Source of the DNA: Schmidtea nova
Taxonomy: Eukaryota
Assembly: GCA_044892505.1 (NCBI GenBank)
Contig: CM097882.1
Location: forward strand, 495,876,001-495,940,000
Direction of reading: 5' to 3'
DNA length: 64,000 nt
The position numbers were made by a program, and so were the translations under genes. The notes below the pieces were generated by a model. That model saw only the letters and a list, made by a program, of their open reading frames with translations, searched no databases and was not told the DNA's origin. Below, in pieces: positions 61,861-64,000 of this stretch (positions within the stretch are counted from its first letter, which is position 1; the number at the start of each line of letters is the position of its first letter).

Positions 61861-63329
61861 CTGTATTATCACTGAAAGAAAAATGCTTGTGCGAAGGGAT
61901 TCCCGTGAATAAAATGAACAAATAATTAGCTTTAAAATCATATTAAATAAAACATACTTACAAAGGTATTCTGGTACAGTGCTACTCCACAACATCACAA
62001 ATAACAATTAAAATTATGAAAGATTTTGGTTGTAATGTAAACATATTGTAAATAGACATAAAAATCTTCTACATAAATATAAAACAAACTTTTTTATAAA
62101 TACTCAAATACATAACAAAAAAAACTAAAATCACAAATATTTAATAAAATCAATAAAATAAAAGTTTATATTGTCATTATTGTCATCACAAAATATGTCA
62201 CCATCATAAATAAAATGTGATCATTTTTGATTGTCACTGGATGGTTTGATTACGATCTACATACACATTGATTAATCTAACATTCGTTATCAGTTTTTTA
62301 AAAAAACTTATTAACAAAGGGTAGGCATCCGGCCCCTTTGAATTACCGAGTGCCGAAAATTGTTCCCCTCTTCCTCCATCTGTGATCGGGCCTCACTAAA
62401 GGGTACCCTCGTGCGTTGGAATTGTACACCTTAAGCTATAAACTACTTCCACAGTGAATCTCTCTTTTTGCTTTAACGTAAAATTGTGAATTTTCTTTCC
62501 ATTAAGTCCTTACTATATTCACTTTTAAAACTTAATGATTAAATTCCAATTGAGGCACACAAATGTTCAAAAATTTGTTGAGTTAATTTATTCTTTCTAA
62601 AATCCTCATAATCTGTCATATATCTTTTAAAATTTATTTAGTATTTTTGATATAACTGCAGTTCTACACAGCGCTCTAAATAACTCAAATAAGAATTTAG
62701 TGGAGGAATATGATTTGTTCAAAAATTTGATTTCGGAATTGCTTTTATACTATTAACTATATTTTAAATAGGGTATCTGAAACTTTGACCACAAAAATTC
62801 TAATTATATTCCTTATTTGCTAACTTTTTCTATTTCTTCAAATAGATACAAATTTATATATATAATAGTATATTTAGGAGTTAATGTTGTCTACTTTATT
62901 TTTCGATATTTGTTAAAACATCTTGTTGTTACCACAGAAGTTAACAGTTACAAATAATTTTGTTTATTTTGAATTTGTTGATAGAAACAACTTGAAATTT
63001 CATGTTGATTATCTGTTATTATTTTTTTAAATTTTTAATGAATTTATTATGTTTTTTTCTCGAATTTGAATGCTCTAGACCCGTGATTCATTATATTAAA
63101 ATAAATACAGCACCTTGTTTTTATTTCAATGTCATTTGAAAAGCGAATTTATTATTCTATTTCCTTTTGAATAAATGTTATTTGACGTTGGAAATCAGCA
63201 ATCATTTTTCATTCCTGGTGTCAAATCACAAATGCATTTCTCATTTCATAAATTAATTTATTGTTTGTATAAATTCAATAATTCTAATTAGAATTATTTT
63301 TTCATCTTTTGAAAAGTTTATCATTTTAG

Positions 63330-63524
63330 GAATTGTTTCGTGATTTGAGAAATCAACTAAATACTATAACCGACAATACGGAACAACTAGAACAAAAAAT
63401 AATGTCAATAAAAAACAATAATGAAAAGGAATTGGCTTTTTTGTTTGAATCAAGGAAAAAGTTAGGAGAGGAAATAAATCAGTTAATGAACAATGCTAAT
63501 CGTCCTAGTAGTGAAATACAGTGA
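63330..63524 (+). CDS. Probable terminal coding exon of a host coiled-coil protein
   Basis: TCATTTTAG acceptor, then phase-0 ELFRDLRNQLNTITDNTEQLEQKIMSIKNNNEKELAFLFESRKKLGEEINQLMNNANRPSSEIQ*, then AATAAA. Confidence 0.55.
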   Translation, partial: ELFRDLRNQLNTITDNTEQLEQKIMSIKNNNEKELAFLFESRKKLGEEINQLMNNANRPSSEIQ

Positions 63525-64000
63525 TAAATAAATAATTTTTATAATTTGTATTTTTACATAAATTATTTTGTTGAAATATTTTATTGTTTTTAAAATAATG
63601 AAGAATATTTAAATTCAATTTATTATTATTCAATCATGAAATTGAAAGTAATAATCAAAATATAAAAATTTTATTTGAAATTTTCCAATATTATTTCTTA
63701 ATTGGTTTTTTAAAACAAATTTTAAGAAAATTATTGTTTTATTTCGAAGATTAAGTTGTTTTAAAAAAAGATTGAGATAGAAATACAAATGACTAAAATA
63801 ATTATGAACAATATTTGTCAGGTGACTCTTTGTTTTTAAACAGGTAATAAAAGGTAAAGCTTTGACATATCCAGTGCAAAACCTCAATAGAAGACTAGTT
63901 TCAAGTTATCTGATATCCACTGTGCCAGGAATGGTATTTAACAAAGTTGTTTCGACTTTGTTTTATACTGGCACAAAGATCAATTATCGCGTGTTCTTCA

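Noticed and set aside
1-64000. tRNA, rRNA, snRNA or spliced-leader RNA genes
   Set aside because: No cloverleaf, A/B-box pair, Sm site with leader, or rRNA-like segment was recognised by eye; a covariance search could still find something.

Overview
Very AT-rich eukaryotic DNA with four N gaps, spliceosomal-type splice signals, (TA)n/(TAA)n microsatellites and no prokaryotic features. The window is almost entirely nested transposable elements; the composition, repeat types and a TRAF-like gene resemble an invertebrate such as a flatworm (inference only). Best-supported elements: (1) a complete Ty3/Gypsy LTR retrotransposon at 601-6045 (222-bp LTRs differing at one base, GTTTC target-site duplication, tRNA-Ser-type PBS) whose gag/protease are broken and whose open pol has lost RNase H and integrase catalytic residues; (2) a Tc1 element at 6425-7797; elements 1 and 2 both interrupt a decayed Maverick/Polinton gene block (integrase, minor capsid, small Gly-rich ORF); (3) a near-complete hAT at 17816-20783, plus pogo, mariner, several other hAT remnants and MITEs; (4) many solo or partial LTRs; (5) a RING/TRAF-zinc-finger ORF at 14546-15196; (6) a minimal hammerhead ribozyme near 22380-22412. 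The most unusual signal is a pair of intact ~185-aa coiled-coil ORFs with arginine-rich tails (9608-10165 minus, 34011-34565 plus). Each follows a splice acceptor and abuts an LTR-like repeat. That repeat carries a conserved ~60-90 nt non-coding module found in five divergent copies in the window, so the ORFs may be an accessory protein with a cognate cis-element in an LTR-element lineage. All assignments come from reading motifs by eye; no database search was run.
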